NCBI GenBank assembly: GCA_951406725.2
Contig: OX597826.1
Span: 81,468,001 to 81,532,000, forward strand
Source: Octopus vulgaris
Lineage: Eukaryota
DNA length: 64,000 nt
Direction: 5' to 3'
Position numbers and translations under genes: made by a program
Shown here: piece by piece, positions 13,333-25,075 of the stretch
How the letters are laid out: each line of letters starts with the position of its first letter
Numbering within the stretch: position 1 is the stretch's first letter
The notes under the pieces: model-generated
The model's input: the letters and a program-made list of their open reading frames with translations, nothing else
Databases searched by the model: none
Told to the model about the DNA's origin: nothing

Positions 13333-15195
13333 AAGCCCCTGTACTTGGCCTTCGTCGACATGGAGAAAGCCTTTGACAGGGTCCCCCGATCCCTTATCTG
13401 GTGGTCAATGAGGAAACTAGGGATAGAAGAATGGTTAGTGAGAGCTGTGAAAGCCATGTACAGGGACGCTATAAGTAAGGTGAGGGTTGGCAACGAGTAC
13501 AGTGAAGAATTCCGGGTAGAAGTAGGAGTCCACCTAGGTTCAGTCCTCAGCACCCTCCTATTTATCATAGTCCTCCAGGCAATAACAGAGGAATTCAAGA
13601 CAGGATGCCCCTGGGAGCTCCTCTATGCTGATGACCTTGCTCTAATTGCTGAGTCACTATTAGAACTAGAGGAGAAGTTTCAGACGTGGAAGCAAGGATT
13701 AGAATCGAAGGGCCTTAGAGTCAACCTAGCTAAAACCAAAGTCCTAATAAGTAGGAAGGCAGACAAACCACAAATCCCTTCAGGTAGATGGCCCTGCTCG
13801 ATCTGTAGAAAAGGCGTAGGTAGAAACTCTATAAGATGCACCAAGTGTAAGCTATGGACACATAAGAGGTGCAGCAACGTCAAAGGAAGGCTAACTGGGA
13901 AGATAGTTTTTGTATGTGGCAGATGCTCAGGAGCAATAAACACTGAAAATGCGCAGAGACCAACTTCCGCTACATTCCAGGGAGAAAAACTAGACGTAGT
14001 TGATAGCTTCCGTTATCTAGGTGACCAAATCAGTAGCGAAGGAGGTGCGCTGAAAGTGTAGCTGCTAGAATAAGAATAGCTTGGGCAAAGTTCAGAGAGC
14101 TCTTACCTCTGCTGGTGACAAAGGGCCTCTCGCTCAGAGTAAAAGGTAGACTGTATGATGCATGTGTACGAACAGCCATGCTACATGGCAGTGAAACATG
14201 GCCTGTGACTGCTGAGGACATGCGTAAGCTCGCAAGGAATGAAGCCAGTATGATCCGATGGATGTGTAATGTCAGTGTGCATATTCGAGTGTAAGTACCT
14301 TGAGAGAAAAGTTGGACCTAAGAAGAATCAGATGTAGTGTGCAAGAGAGACGACTGTGCTGGTATGGTCATGTGGCGAGAATGGATGAGGACAGCTGTGT
14401 GCAAAAGTGCCACACCCTAGCGGTTGAAGGAACCTGTGGAAGAGGTAGACCCAGGAAGACCTGGGATGAAGTGAAGCACGACCTTCGAACATTAGGCCTC
14501 ACCAAGGAAATGACTAGCGACCGAGACTTTTGGAAATATGCTGTGCTTGAGAAAACTCGGCAAGCCGAATGAGACCATAACCTGTGGCCTATGCCAGGAG
14601 CGTAACCAGCCCGCTTATGCGTACCTTTTCCTTCTTTGGTCACTAAAACTCTGCTTGCGAAGACCTGTTGAGGCAAGTGAAATCGAAATCAAAATCAATT
14701 CGATGACTGGCATCTGTGCTAGCGGGGTGCAAAGAGCACCATACGAGTGTGATCGTTGACAGAGCGGCTATTTGAGTATGATCGTTACCAGCGTTGCCTT
14801 ACTGGCACTCATGCCTGTGCTAGTAGGGTGCCAAGAGCACCATTCGAGCGTGATCGTTGCCAGAGCCGCCAACTGGCTTTCGTACCCATGGCACGTACAA
14901 GGGCACCATTCAAGCATGATCATTATCAATGTCGCTTCACTGACACCTATACCGGTGACACGTGTAAAAAGATTCGAGCGAGGTCATTGCCAGTACCGCC
15001 TGACTGGCCCCCGTGCCGGTGGCACGTAAAAAGCACCCGCTACACTCTCGGAGTGGTTGGCGTTAGGAAGGGCATCCAGCTGTAGAAACTCTGCCAGATC
15101 AAGATTGGAGCCTGGTGCACCCATCTGGCTCACCAGCCCTCAGTCAAAATCGTCCAACCCATGCTAGCAAGGAAAGCGGACGTTAAACGATGATG
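13333..15195 (+). mobile_element. 5'-truncated RTE-clade LINE (RT with an embedded Cys/His finger), frameshifted, with 3' tandem units and (GAT)n tail
   Basis: AFVDMEKAFDRV, GVHLGSVLS, LLYADDLAL, FRYLG, RRLCWYGHVARM and GRGRPRKTW. Confidence 0.92.
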
Positions 15196-15511
15196 ATATA
15201 TATGTATGCATGTATATATATATATATGTGTGTATATATATATATATATATTTGTTTGTATATATATATATATGTGTATATATATATGTATGTATATACA
15301 TATATGTATATATATGTTTTGTCAGTGAACAGGTCGCGGCCTCAAAGCGACGAAAATATTTTGGCAAATTAAATTTAAATGTTGAAGTGAATCTAACGGT
15401 TTTGTGTGTTGCTTAAATGGCTTATAAACAGGTTCTATGGTGAAATTGTTTTCGTTCCAGCACACGATCTCAGATCAAGTCACTCGCTCGCTATGCAAGT
15501 ACATCTCCGTA

Positions 15512-15575
<64 letters not shown>

Positions 15576-15649
15576 TTAGAATAACTTAGAAAGGTTTTGG
15601 CCAGTATTGGCCCAGGCCATGTCTAACTTAATAGCACCACCTGGCGAAG

Positions 15650-16638
15650 ACCATCAATTACATTGACATTACAGAAGAGAATGTGTTGTCGTCCATTGAC
15701 GAAATAAACCCAAACTCTGCAACAGGCCCAGATGAACTCCTAACAATTCTGTTAAAAACATGCAAGAAAGCTCTTCCAGAACCACTGCAAATGCTTTTCT
15801 AGAGTTCCCTTCAATGTGGTACATTTCCTCATGCTGAAAGAAGGAATAATCTGCCCCGTCCACAAACGAGGAAGTAGAGCAGATGCTATAAACTACAGGT
15901 CGATCTCTATGACCTCACATGTGAGCAAAATCATAGAACGCATGGACCATGTACCTGGAGGAAAATAACTTGCTTACAAATACACTTTCAGAACAAGAGA
16001 GGAGACACTGATGATCCTTTGGAAGACATTTGTCCTCAGCCACTTGGACTACTGCTCCCAACTACGGTCACCACACAATATAAAGTTAACAGCAGAACTC
16101 GAAGCAATTCAAAGAAGCTACACTAAGAAGATCGTCTCAATGCAACATATCAGCTACTGGGAAAGACTGAAAGAATTAAAGCTCTTCTCCCTGGAGCGAA
16201 GGCGGGAGAGATATGCAGTGATATACATCTGGAAAATCCTGGAGGATCTTGTCCCAAACTTTGGCATTCAAAGTTACCCCAACAGCAGAACGGGGCGCCA
16301 CTGCATGGTGCCAAGAATCCCAACAACACCATCAAAATACAGGACCAGATACTGCAACAGCTTGGGTTTCAGAGAACCACAGCTCTTCAGTATCCTTCCT
16401 AAATGCCTAAGAGACCTGCATGGTGTGGATGTGGTTTTTTTAAAAACTAAACTGGATCTCTTCTTGTCAGGGGTCCCAAATGAACCTACCTCTCGGCAGG
16501 AGACACAGATGCTGGCAGCCGCATCGACCTCCCTTGTTGATCAAGTGCCACGTATCAGAGGTGGTTTCCCATACTAGTGTAGCTCATTCAACCCAGCATG
16601 GCCGCAGCCTTCGGGCTGAAACATTTTTAAGGATTTAA

Positions 16639-16640
<2 letters not shown>
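15650..16640 (+). mobile_element. CR1-clade LINE fragments (internally deleted) with 3' tail
   Basis: NSATGPDE..; ORF 16011..16577 has SHLDYCSQL, LEAIQRSYTK and SLERRRERY. Tail ccagcatggccgcagcc..gctgaaac. Confidence 0.88.
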
Positions 16641-16683
<43 letters not shown>

Positions 16684-16684
<1 letters not shown>

Positions 16685-16822
16685 CTAAGTCTCTCTAAAG
16701 GAGACTACGGCAGCGGTACTGGATATTAATAGTTATCGCCAAGCTAATATGGCAGTCCATAAATATAGGACGAAAGCTGCCGCTGATTAACTCCAAGAGA
16801 CCATCGCCTTTAGCTAGCTATG
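16684..16822 (-). repeat. Truncated copy of dispersed family D (also 27130-27434 and 36525-36835)
   Basis: Shares aaggagactacggcagcggtactggatattaatagttatcgccaagct with those copies. Confidence 0.8.
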
Positions 16823-16992
16823 GCACGTGAACAAAACATTCGGGCGAGGTTGTTGCCAGTGCCGCTGGACTGACTCCTGTGCAGGTGGCACGTAAAAAAC
16901 ACCATTTCGAGTGTGGCCGTTGCCAGTACCGCCATACTGGACCTCGTGCCGGTGGCGCGTGAAAGCACCCACTACACTCTCGGTGTGGGTGC
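16820..16992 (+). mobile_element. Family B SINE fragment
   Basis: tggcacgtaaaaaacacc tandem units. Confidence 0.8.
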
Positions 16993-17475
16993 TCAAATAT
17001 AAATGAGACGAAGCACCGGGACCACTGTTCGCTAGTAGTACCAATACATATACATAAAATCACAGACGGTAAAAAAATATATATTCTAATAAAATACAAA
17101 TGGAACGGTTTATCAAAAGTTAAATATAACGACTAAAGATTCAAAACTATCAAAAAGCCAAATGGACAAATATAAAATAAAGATAAAAATAATAATAAAA
17201 TAAACGTTCACCGATTAAAAAGATTTTATCAGACAATTAAAATATTTCTAAAATTTATTAAATTTTTTTTTTTTTTTAATATTTGAAAAAGTCGTTTACT
17301 TACCTGACACAGGTACGTCCAAAGTCCACAGGTACGTCCAAAGTCCATAAGTAAGCAGTCTTCCACAGGTCAAATTCACATAGATCTTGATAAAAGCCTT
17401 TTACTCCCCTCACACATCTACGTCCGAAAGTTCACAATAAACAGATATCACCGGTCAAATTCAACATTCACATAG

Positions 17476-17559
17476 ATCTATGGCCATTTCGTCACCCCCG
17501 TAGTTTATTTACACCAAAGGGCATCACGGCGATGAGCCCCCTTCACCCCTCATCAGGAT
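17476..17559 (-). ncRNA. Type I hammerhead candidate in the left arm; the right-arm copy (19332-19406) has lost part of CTGATGA
   Basis: ATC-CTGATGA-G...TCATCGCCGT/ACGGGGGTGA-C-GAAA-TGGCCA-TA-GAT, with palindromic helix III. Confidence 0.7.
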
Positions 17560-17591
17560 AAACAAGAAACATGGACAGACGAAAACTTTTG

Positions 17592-19060
17592 TTATTTCTT
17601 TCTTACCCACAGCGGGCCAACACAGAAGGGACAATACAAAAACACGTGGGGACACATAACATGAAATAAATAAAACTGAAAATTAAAATAAAACGTGTGA
17701 TAATATGAATGGCAACATGAAAAGGATAAAGAAAGTGTGATGCTTGCCCCACGTGAAACAGCATCACTTCTTCCGTTTTATCTTTTAAATCTTGAGTCTC
17801 TCAGTCTAGCAATACTGTATTCCTTGTATGTCACATTTATCTGCTATTTTATTAATGTCCATGCTTATCCTCCGACAGTCCTCTGCTTTCTTGGATTTAG
17901 CCATTTCTTCCTTTTGTTTCTCTGACACCAGTAGACACCCGGTGCCATCCTACTGTTTGTGCAATCCTCTCATTCTACAAACTTTATATTCTCCCACGTT
18001 GTTATTTTGCCAAGGAGTTCCTCTTCTTTATCCTCTGCAATTATATAAGAATAAACTACATCACTGGGAGGCGACTGTTTTGTACATTCTGTTGAGACTG
18101 TTTTTCTTTTTCTCTGTGTAGGAGGGGAATGGGTGGGATTGGTGTCTGCGGGTGGGTGGGTGGGTGTGTATGGTCTGGGGTTCCGTTTCACCTTGTCCTT
18201 TCTTCCTTCTGCTATTGTCCACGGGTCTTCCTTTTCTTTTACTTCTTCTTCTACCTCCTCCTCTTTCTTCATCAGCTCCTCTTCACCCTTTTTCTTGGTT
18301 ATTTTCCTTTCGTAGAGGACAGTGTGCTCAAATGTGGTCTTTTTGGCCACATTTAAAACAAGGGATTCTGCCCTCGACCCATTCTCTCAGAATCAACTCA
18401 CCAACCGTTATTGTTTCTGCCAGACTTTCTAACGATTGGCCCCTCTTCTGTGGCCTGGAGGACAACTACATCCTCCCTCCTTCCGAGGAGGACAGCCGCC
18501 GCGACCTAAGCCACAGCTCTGTTCGGTGCGATTCCTTCTACCCTAATCTTGGAAGTTCTTCTTCCAAGATACGTGGCCAGAAGGACCACTTTATTCGTCT
18601 TCAGCGTGTTGGCCGCATCCCTCCTTGCCCCTTCTTCCGTCTTAAATTGGACGATCACTGTGCCATACTTAATGCCTCTTGCTAAAAATACAATGTCCCC
18701 TCTCAACTCGCCCAACGCCTTCTCAATCGTTTCGGCCTCTACGTGGCTAATCTTTCCCCCCTCTACTGAGTAAACCTTATAAACAATTGTTCTTTTAGCC
18801 ATATCTTCCATCACTTTCTGTGATGCTGACAACTTCATGCCACCACTCACCTTGCAAGCCATCTTTTGGTGTTTCTCCACGTTGGCCAAATTTCTCTCCT
18901 TTCTTCTCACCTCTGTTATTTCCACTTGGCTTCCCTTTTCCAGGCATTTGTCCATCCTGTTCACCGCGCTCAATAATTCCTCCTCCGAAGAGGATAATTC
19001 GAACCCACTCAGGTCCGAATAGAACATCTTACTTGCACGTATCACCATCTCTCAATAAAA
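17592..19060 (-). pseudogene. L1/Tx1-type ORF1 (gag-like, CCHC zinc knuckle) with no ORF2; HAL1-like non-autonomous retroelement
   Basis: ORF 18506..19048 continues past TAG and a frameshift into ..VEGRIP-CFKCGQKDHI*AHC (C-X2-C-X4-H-X4-C, 18319-18360). A Glu/Lys-rich region and a SINE-A-like tail (17592-17640) follow. Confidence 0.7.
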
Positions 19061-19990
19061 AGAGAGAAGGCATGGATGGTCAACCGCTGCAAAGCCCCCC
19101 CCCCCAAGCACAATAATACTTCAAAATAGATGTAATAAAATTGTTTGGTGTTACGGGGATTTGAAACCGGCGAGGCTAAACTACAGCCACCTGCGTGTTT
19201 AGCAATAACAATTTTTTTTTCTTTAGGAATTTTGGACTCGTCCATTGATGGGTTCGTCTTAAATTATATAAGCTTTTTATTAACAGTGTAAGCTTTTCAT
19301 AAAATTTTTGATCTGTGCGTGTTTTATGTTTATCCTGGGGTGGGGCTCATCCCTGTGATGCCCTTTGGTGTAAATAAACTACGGGGGTGACGAAATGGCC
19401 ATAGATCTATGTGAATGTTGAATTTGACCGGTGATATCTGTTTATTATGAACTTTCGGACGTAGATGTGTGAGGGGAGTAAAAGATTTTATCAAGATCTA
19501 TGTGAATTTGACCTGTGGAAGACTGCTTGCTTATGGACTTTGGACAGTACCTGTGTCAGGTAAGTAAAAGACTTTTTCAAATATTTAAAAAAAACATTTA
19601 AAAAAAAAAATTTTTAGAAATATTTTAATTGTCTGATAAAATCTTTTTAGTCGGTGGACGTTTATTTTATTATTATTTTTATCTTTATTTTATATTTGTC
19701 CATTAGGCTTTTTGATCGTTTTGAATCTGTAGTCGTTATATTTAACTTTTGATAAACCGTTCCATTTGTATTTTATTAGAATATATATATTTTTACCGTC
19801 TGTGATTTTATGTATAGGTATTATTTTCATGTGTTTGTGAACCATGGTGTTTTTTTAAATATATGATTAGATGTTTGAGGGGTGGTGCTGTATGTAAAGT
19901 CGTTGATCCAAATTCAATGTTTGTTCTATAACCAATACCTTATACGTGTATATTTTTTAAAGAGATGTAACATTACATATTTATTTTGAA

Positions 19991-20064
19991 AAAGAACCTG
20001 GAGATGTGATAATTGCAAATCGGATGACTGCATATATGTATTTATATATGTATATAATTGTGTG

Positions 20065-20125
<61 letters not shown>

Positions 20126-20158
20126 AATATTCCAATACTGAAACGCGTGTAGTTCTTT
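19991..20158 (+). ncRNA. Degenerate hammerhead with a (TA)n microsatellite inside helix II
   Basis: AAAGAAC-CTGGAGA-...-GAAA-CGCGTG-TA-GTTCTTT, giving a 7-bp helix I. Confidence 0.55.
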
Positions 20159-20183
20159 CATATTTAATTAATATCGTGTTAAA

Positions 20184-20587
20184 AGGTGGCGAGCTGGCAG
20201 AGTCGTTAGCACGTCGGGCGAAATGCTTAGCGGTATTTCGTCTGCGTTACGTTGTGAGTTCAAATTCCGCCGAGGTCGACTTTGCTTTCATCCTTTCGGG
20301 GTCGATTAAATAAGTACCAGTTACGCACTGGGGTCGATGTAATCGTCTTGATACCCTATGTCTGTCCTTGTTTGTCCCCTCTGTGTTTGGCCCTTGTGGG
20401 TAATAGGGAAATGGGTATTTCGTCTGCTGTTACGTTCTGAGTTCAAATTCCGCCGAGGTTGACTTTGCCGTTCATCCTTTCGGGGTCGATTAAATAAGTA
20501 CCAGTTACGCACTGGGGTCGATATAATTGACTTAATTCATTTGTCTGTCCTCTCTGTGTTTAGTCCCTTGTGGGTAGTAAAGGAATA
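20184..20587 (+). mobile_element. Family A tRNA-SINE, tandem dimer (full-length plus 5'-truncated unit)
   Basis: A-box-like ggcgagctggcaga and B-box gttcaaatt. One 19-bp TSD, taattaatatcgtgttaaa (20165-20183 and 20588-20606), flanks both units. Confidence 0.92.
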
Positions 20588-21489
20588 TAATTAATATCGT
20601 GTTAAATAAGTACGAGATAATTAAGGAAATATAGTATACACCCTGCTGGTATAATGGTTCTCTTTTTCCGAACCGCTAGAGTACGGGGACGTAAACACAC
20701 CACTATCGTCTGTCAAGCGATGTTGGGAGACAAAAACTGTTATTCAGAGTTTCACGGACGATTGTGATGAAAACACATTTTTCATCACAACTCTCCGACG
20801 AATGTGAAACTGAGTAACATTTCGTTTGATAATTTGCAGTGTTAATAAGTGTGTGTGTGTTCACGCGCCCGGTTGCATGGGATGAACAGAATTTATTGGG
20901 GCACATTTTGCATGGCCAGACGCCATTCCTGTTGCTATGCCACACCCGTTTCCAAGCTGGAAAATATCTCCCCATCACCAGACATACGTACAGTAGTGTT
21001 TCTATATATGAACATGATCCTTTTTCGGATCTCTTTTTGTTGACTCAATTGTTTGTTACGTGAATGTTTGAAATTTATATAAAATAAAGGGATAATCTGT
21101 TCCCACCAACGCTCAAACTCCATAGAAAAAGAATGAAAGGATGATGTCTTTATGGCCATCCATCACTAGCAAATACACAAACATCTATGAGTGTGTGTGT
21201 GTGTGTGTGTGCGTGCGTGCGTGCATTTTCTGTTTGTTTTAACATGTCGATGCTTATTGTAAATAAACTGCTTCTTAACATAAACAGCATAGTTTTGTCT
21301 CCATGAAAGAACATTTGGCTTGTTCGTGGTTTGAACAAGATGAGGAAAGACCTTGGCCTGTTAAATAAAATGGCATCTCTAATTTGAAAACTGCACAAAT
21401 GAAGATCATCTGGCTGTAAATTGCCTCTGCTAATGAAATATGTCCTGATCCATGCTAGCATTGAAAAACAGACGTTAAACGAATGAACG

Positions 21490-22130
21490 TATGCATAAAG
21501 AGCAAGTAAATATATACAGAAATAATGTAAAACTCCCTGTAAATAAATGTAGACTTGTCTCAGTGTCGAAGGCCGTTCAAGCCTGCAGGGAAGAGGCCGG
21601 GAAGGAGGCGGCTGTATTTTGTGCCATTTCTTCTTGGTTTTCTGTCGGCGATGAACAAGTTGAAGATGGCCTTTGTTAAAAAAATAGGCACTCAGGACCA
21701 ACTGCTTTATCCTGGTTTTCTGTACCTTTTAAAAGTAGAACATCGCTGTTATTAAGTGATTCAAGCTTAGCTCCTCTTCGGCTATGCCAGGGCAATATTC
21801 TTTGGCCAGTTTAGAGATTATATTCCAAGAAGTGAACAACTCTCTGAGTCGGTATCTTCTCCCTCCTTTCTTACTCTTCTTTATCAGGAAGTGTATTTTT
21901 TTCACTGCCTCTTCGTTGTGAAGCCTTAATACTCCTCTGTGTGTTGAGTTCATCCCTGTGATTCACCACCAACTCTTCAATAACCATTGCGTTCACCTCC
22001 CGACCCATGGAATTGCCCAGACAGACAATTTCTTGGACAGCAAGCTCTTCTTTCACTTCTTTAAAGCTTTGAAAGTCTCTTGGAGATGCACTTCAAGTCC
22101 ACAATGGCTTCAAAGCAGTACCGAAACAAC
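21490..22130 (-). mobile_element. pogo/Tigger-like transposase C-terminal remnant
   Basis: EIVCLGNSMGREVNAMVIEELVVNHRDELNT resembles the Tigger C-terminal I..L...G.E.V...DVEELL..H..ELT pattern. Multiple frameshifts. Confidence 0.6.
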
Positions 22131-22318
22131 GCACTAAAATAGTCCAAGCTGCTAAAGTCGTTAGCACTGCATCAGCAATATTAAACTGTGTGTGTGTTTG
22201 TGTGACACACACACACACACACAAATTTCAGTAAAATTTAGATTCAGATGGATATGGTACTTAGGTCAAATGCACCAGAATTTTGTATGGTATTATCCAT
22301 ATAAAGCCATGGGGTGAT

Positions 22319-22581
22319 TATAATCAAAATAAGCAACAAGTATATCTGAGGTAATGTGGTACGATCGTTTCATGCTACTTCATTTTATTAAACACTAAGT
22401 ATTACATCAGTTTTAAAAAGATAAGAATGTGCATTGTCCGTTTGATTGGAAAATTTCTATGAGTGGTTGAAGACTGCTCAACATTTTAAAACTGATGTAA
22501 TACTTACAGTGTTTAATAAAATGAAGTAGCATGAAACGATCGTACCACATTACCTCGGATATACTTGTTGCTTATTTTGAT

Positions 22582-22585
<4 letters not shown>
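22319..22585. repeat. Head-to-head inverted repeat (~100-bp arms) with a hammerhead at 22463-22548 (+)
   Basis: Arms 22319-22418 and 22484-22585. Motif reads GTGG-TTGAAGA-CTGCT..AGCAT-GAAA-CGATCG-TA-CCAC. Confidence 0.8.
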
Positions 22586-23135
<550 letters not shown>

Positions 23136-23394
23136 CTTTATTTAAAAGCAGCAGCAGAAATATAACAAGTGAGAATGGGATTTCAACACCGCATTGGTGT
23201 AAAAAATACTTATCTTTTATGCGTGGATTTTATTTATAAGGTAAGGGTTGATCCGTCGTGTATCGCAATTCCCTAATGCTCCACATGATGGTGAAACCAC
23301 TTTGGATTAGGTTCCGTTGGATTTTATGAGACTTCATGAAGTGGCATAAAATACGTAGTTTATAACTTTTTAAACTTTATCTCCACAGATTTTA

Positions 23395-25075
23395 AATAAT
23401 AATAATAATAATAAAATCATTATATATAGTGCTCAGGTGTCCCACAACTTCTGAAAAGTGCATATAAAGTATATGCAGTAATGTACAAATGTCTGGGAAG
23501 CGAACAGTGTATGAGTCAGATAGATGCTTGCGTGTGTACGGAGGGGGGAAAACCAGGTGTAGTGTTGGCGAATCTCAGGAAGCATGGAAGTTTTGAAGGA
23601 TGCAGTGCTCTGACAACTAACAACTGATGCCGGCAGTTTGTTCCATGCTTCAGCAACTCTTAATGTGAAAAAATGTTTCCGAAAGTCATGGGAGCTATGC
23701 TGTTTTCTGACTTTGTAAACATGTCCACGGGTGTTAGACGGGTGGAGTTTGAAAAGGTGCTCAGAGTTATTGTTTGTAAGATGGTTAATAATTTTATGGG
23801 TGTTTGCCAAGTCAGCTGCCAGACGCCGGAGTTTCAATGTGTCCATGCCCAGGGAAGTAAGGCGTTCAGAATATGGCAAATGCCTGATGGAGGGTATTCT
23901 CTTGGTTGCACGTCGCTGAACGGCTTCCAGACGATTGATATCCTGGGCAAGGTAGGGGTTCCAGACCGATGATGCAAATTCCAGGTGAGGTCGTACCATA
24001 GCTATATAAAGCCGCAGATAGATAGCCGGAGAGCGGCTCACAAAGGATTTGGTGAGTGATGCCAAAACATCCTCAGCCTTCTTGACAATTTTAGCGATGT
24101 GTTTTGTCCAACGCAAATCGCTGTCGACAATAACACCCAGGTCACGTTCACAAGAAGACTTTTTGAGAATAGTGTTGTGGAGGGAGTAAGTAGACGCTGG
24201 GTTTCTCCTCCCAAAATGCATGGTGGTACATTTGTCCACAGCCAGCTTGAGTTGCCAGTCCATGATCCACTGCTGCATTGTGTCCAGGTCTGCTTGCAAT
24301 CGAGATCTATAGTGTACAGGATCTGACCTCTTTATTTCGAGGTACAGCTTGATGTCATCTGCATATTTCAGCACAGAGGCATTCTTTAAGTTGGCATCTA
24401 TGTCATTAACATATGCAACAAATAAAAGGGGGCCAAGAACAGATCCCTGTGGTACACCAGACGTCATCTTATAGGGTGAAGAGTGCTGTCCTAGAACTGT
24501 GACAACCTCTTTTCGGCCGATAATAAAGGACTTCAACCAGTTATAAAGATCGTCTCTTACACCCATCACAGAGAGCTTCACCATAAGTCTTTTGTGTGGC
24601 ACAGAATTAAAAGCCTTAGCAAAGTCCAGGTAAACAACATCCACCCAGGATCTGCGGTCAGTGATTTGGGTAATGTCCTCAAGAAACACGATGAGTTGAT
24701 TACAGCAGCTGGAGTTAGGATTAAAACCAAGTTGTGACGGCTGGATGAGGCTGTGAGACTTCCAGAAGTTCCAGAGGGTTTCTCTGACACAGGATTCCAT
24801 CAGTTTGGCGATGCAGCTAGTAAGACTGACAGGGCGATAGTTGACAGGCGATGTGCGGTCACCTTTTTTGAACAGCGGGCTGACACTGGCAGTTTTCCAC
24901 TGCTCTGGAGTAACACCATTGTCAAGACAGAATTGGAAGAATAGTGAAAGTTGGTTTAGAAGAAAGTACCCACCGCGTTTGAGAAGTAGGTATGTAACAA
25001 CACCGAGACCAGGAGAGGCATAGCTGCGCTTATTCTTAAGGTGGCGTTGTAGCATTGCTGGTGTAAATTTCATTT
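23395..25075 (-). mobile_element. 5'-truncated CR1-clade LINE with an uninterrupted RT reading frame (546 aa)
   Basis: NYRPVSLTS, YLDFAKAFNSV, GVPQGSVLGP, KYADD, RDLGV, RPHLEFAS and a (TTA)n tail. Confidence 0.95.

Larger units (their letters stand above)
17043..19822. mobile_element. Composite element: ~520-550-bp near-identical inverted arms (17043-17590 and 19303-19822) carrying a hammerhead, enclosing a gag-like ORF1-only retroelement
   Basis: The arms are reverse complements over their full length. A hammerhead lies at their inner ends. Internal minus-strand ORFs carry a CCHC knuckle. Confidence 0.85.

Noticed and set aside
15597-15650. Shared ~50-bp segment with 26870-26925 ending CTGGCGA or TTGACGA
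   Set aside because: It is a real dispersed repeat, but the 3' GAAA half is absent or unrecognisable, so it was not counted as a ribozyme.
17043-19822. DIRS-type retrotransposon or DNA transposon with long TIRs
   Set aside because: No RT/RNase H, tyrosine recombinase or transposase, and no TSD. The hammerhead in the arms points to PLE-type termini instead.
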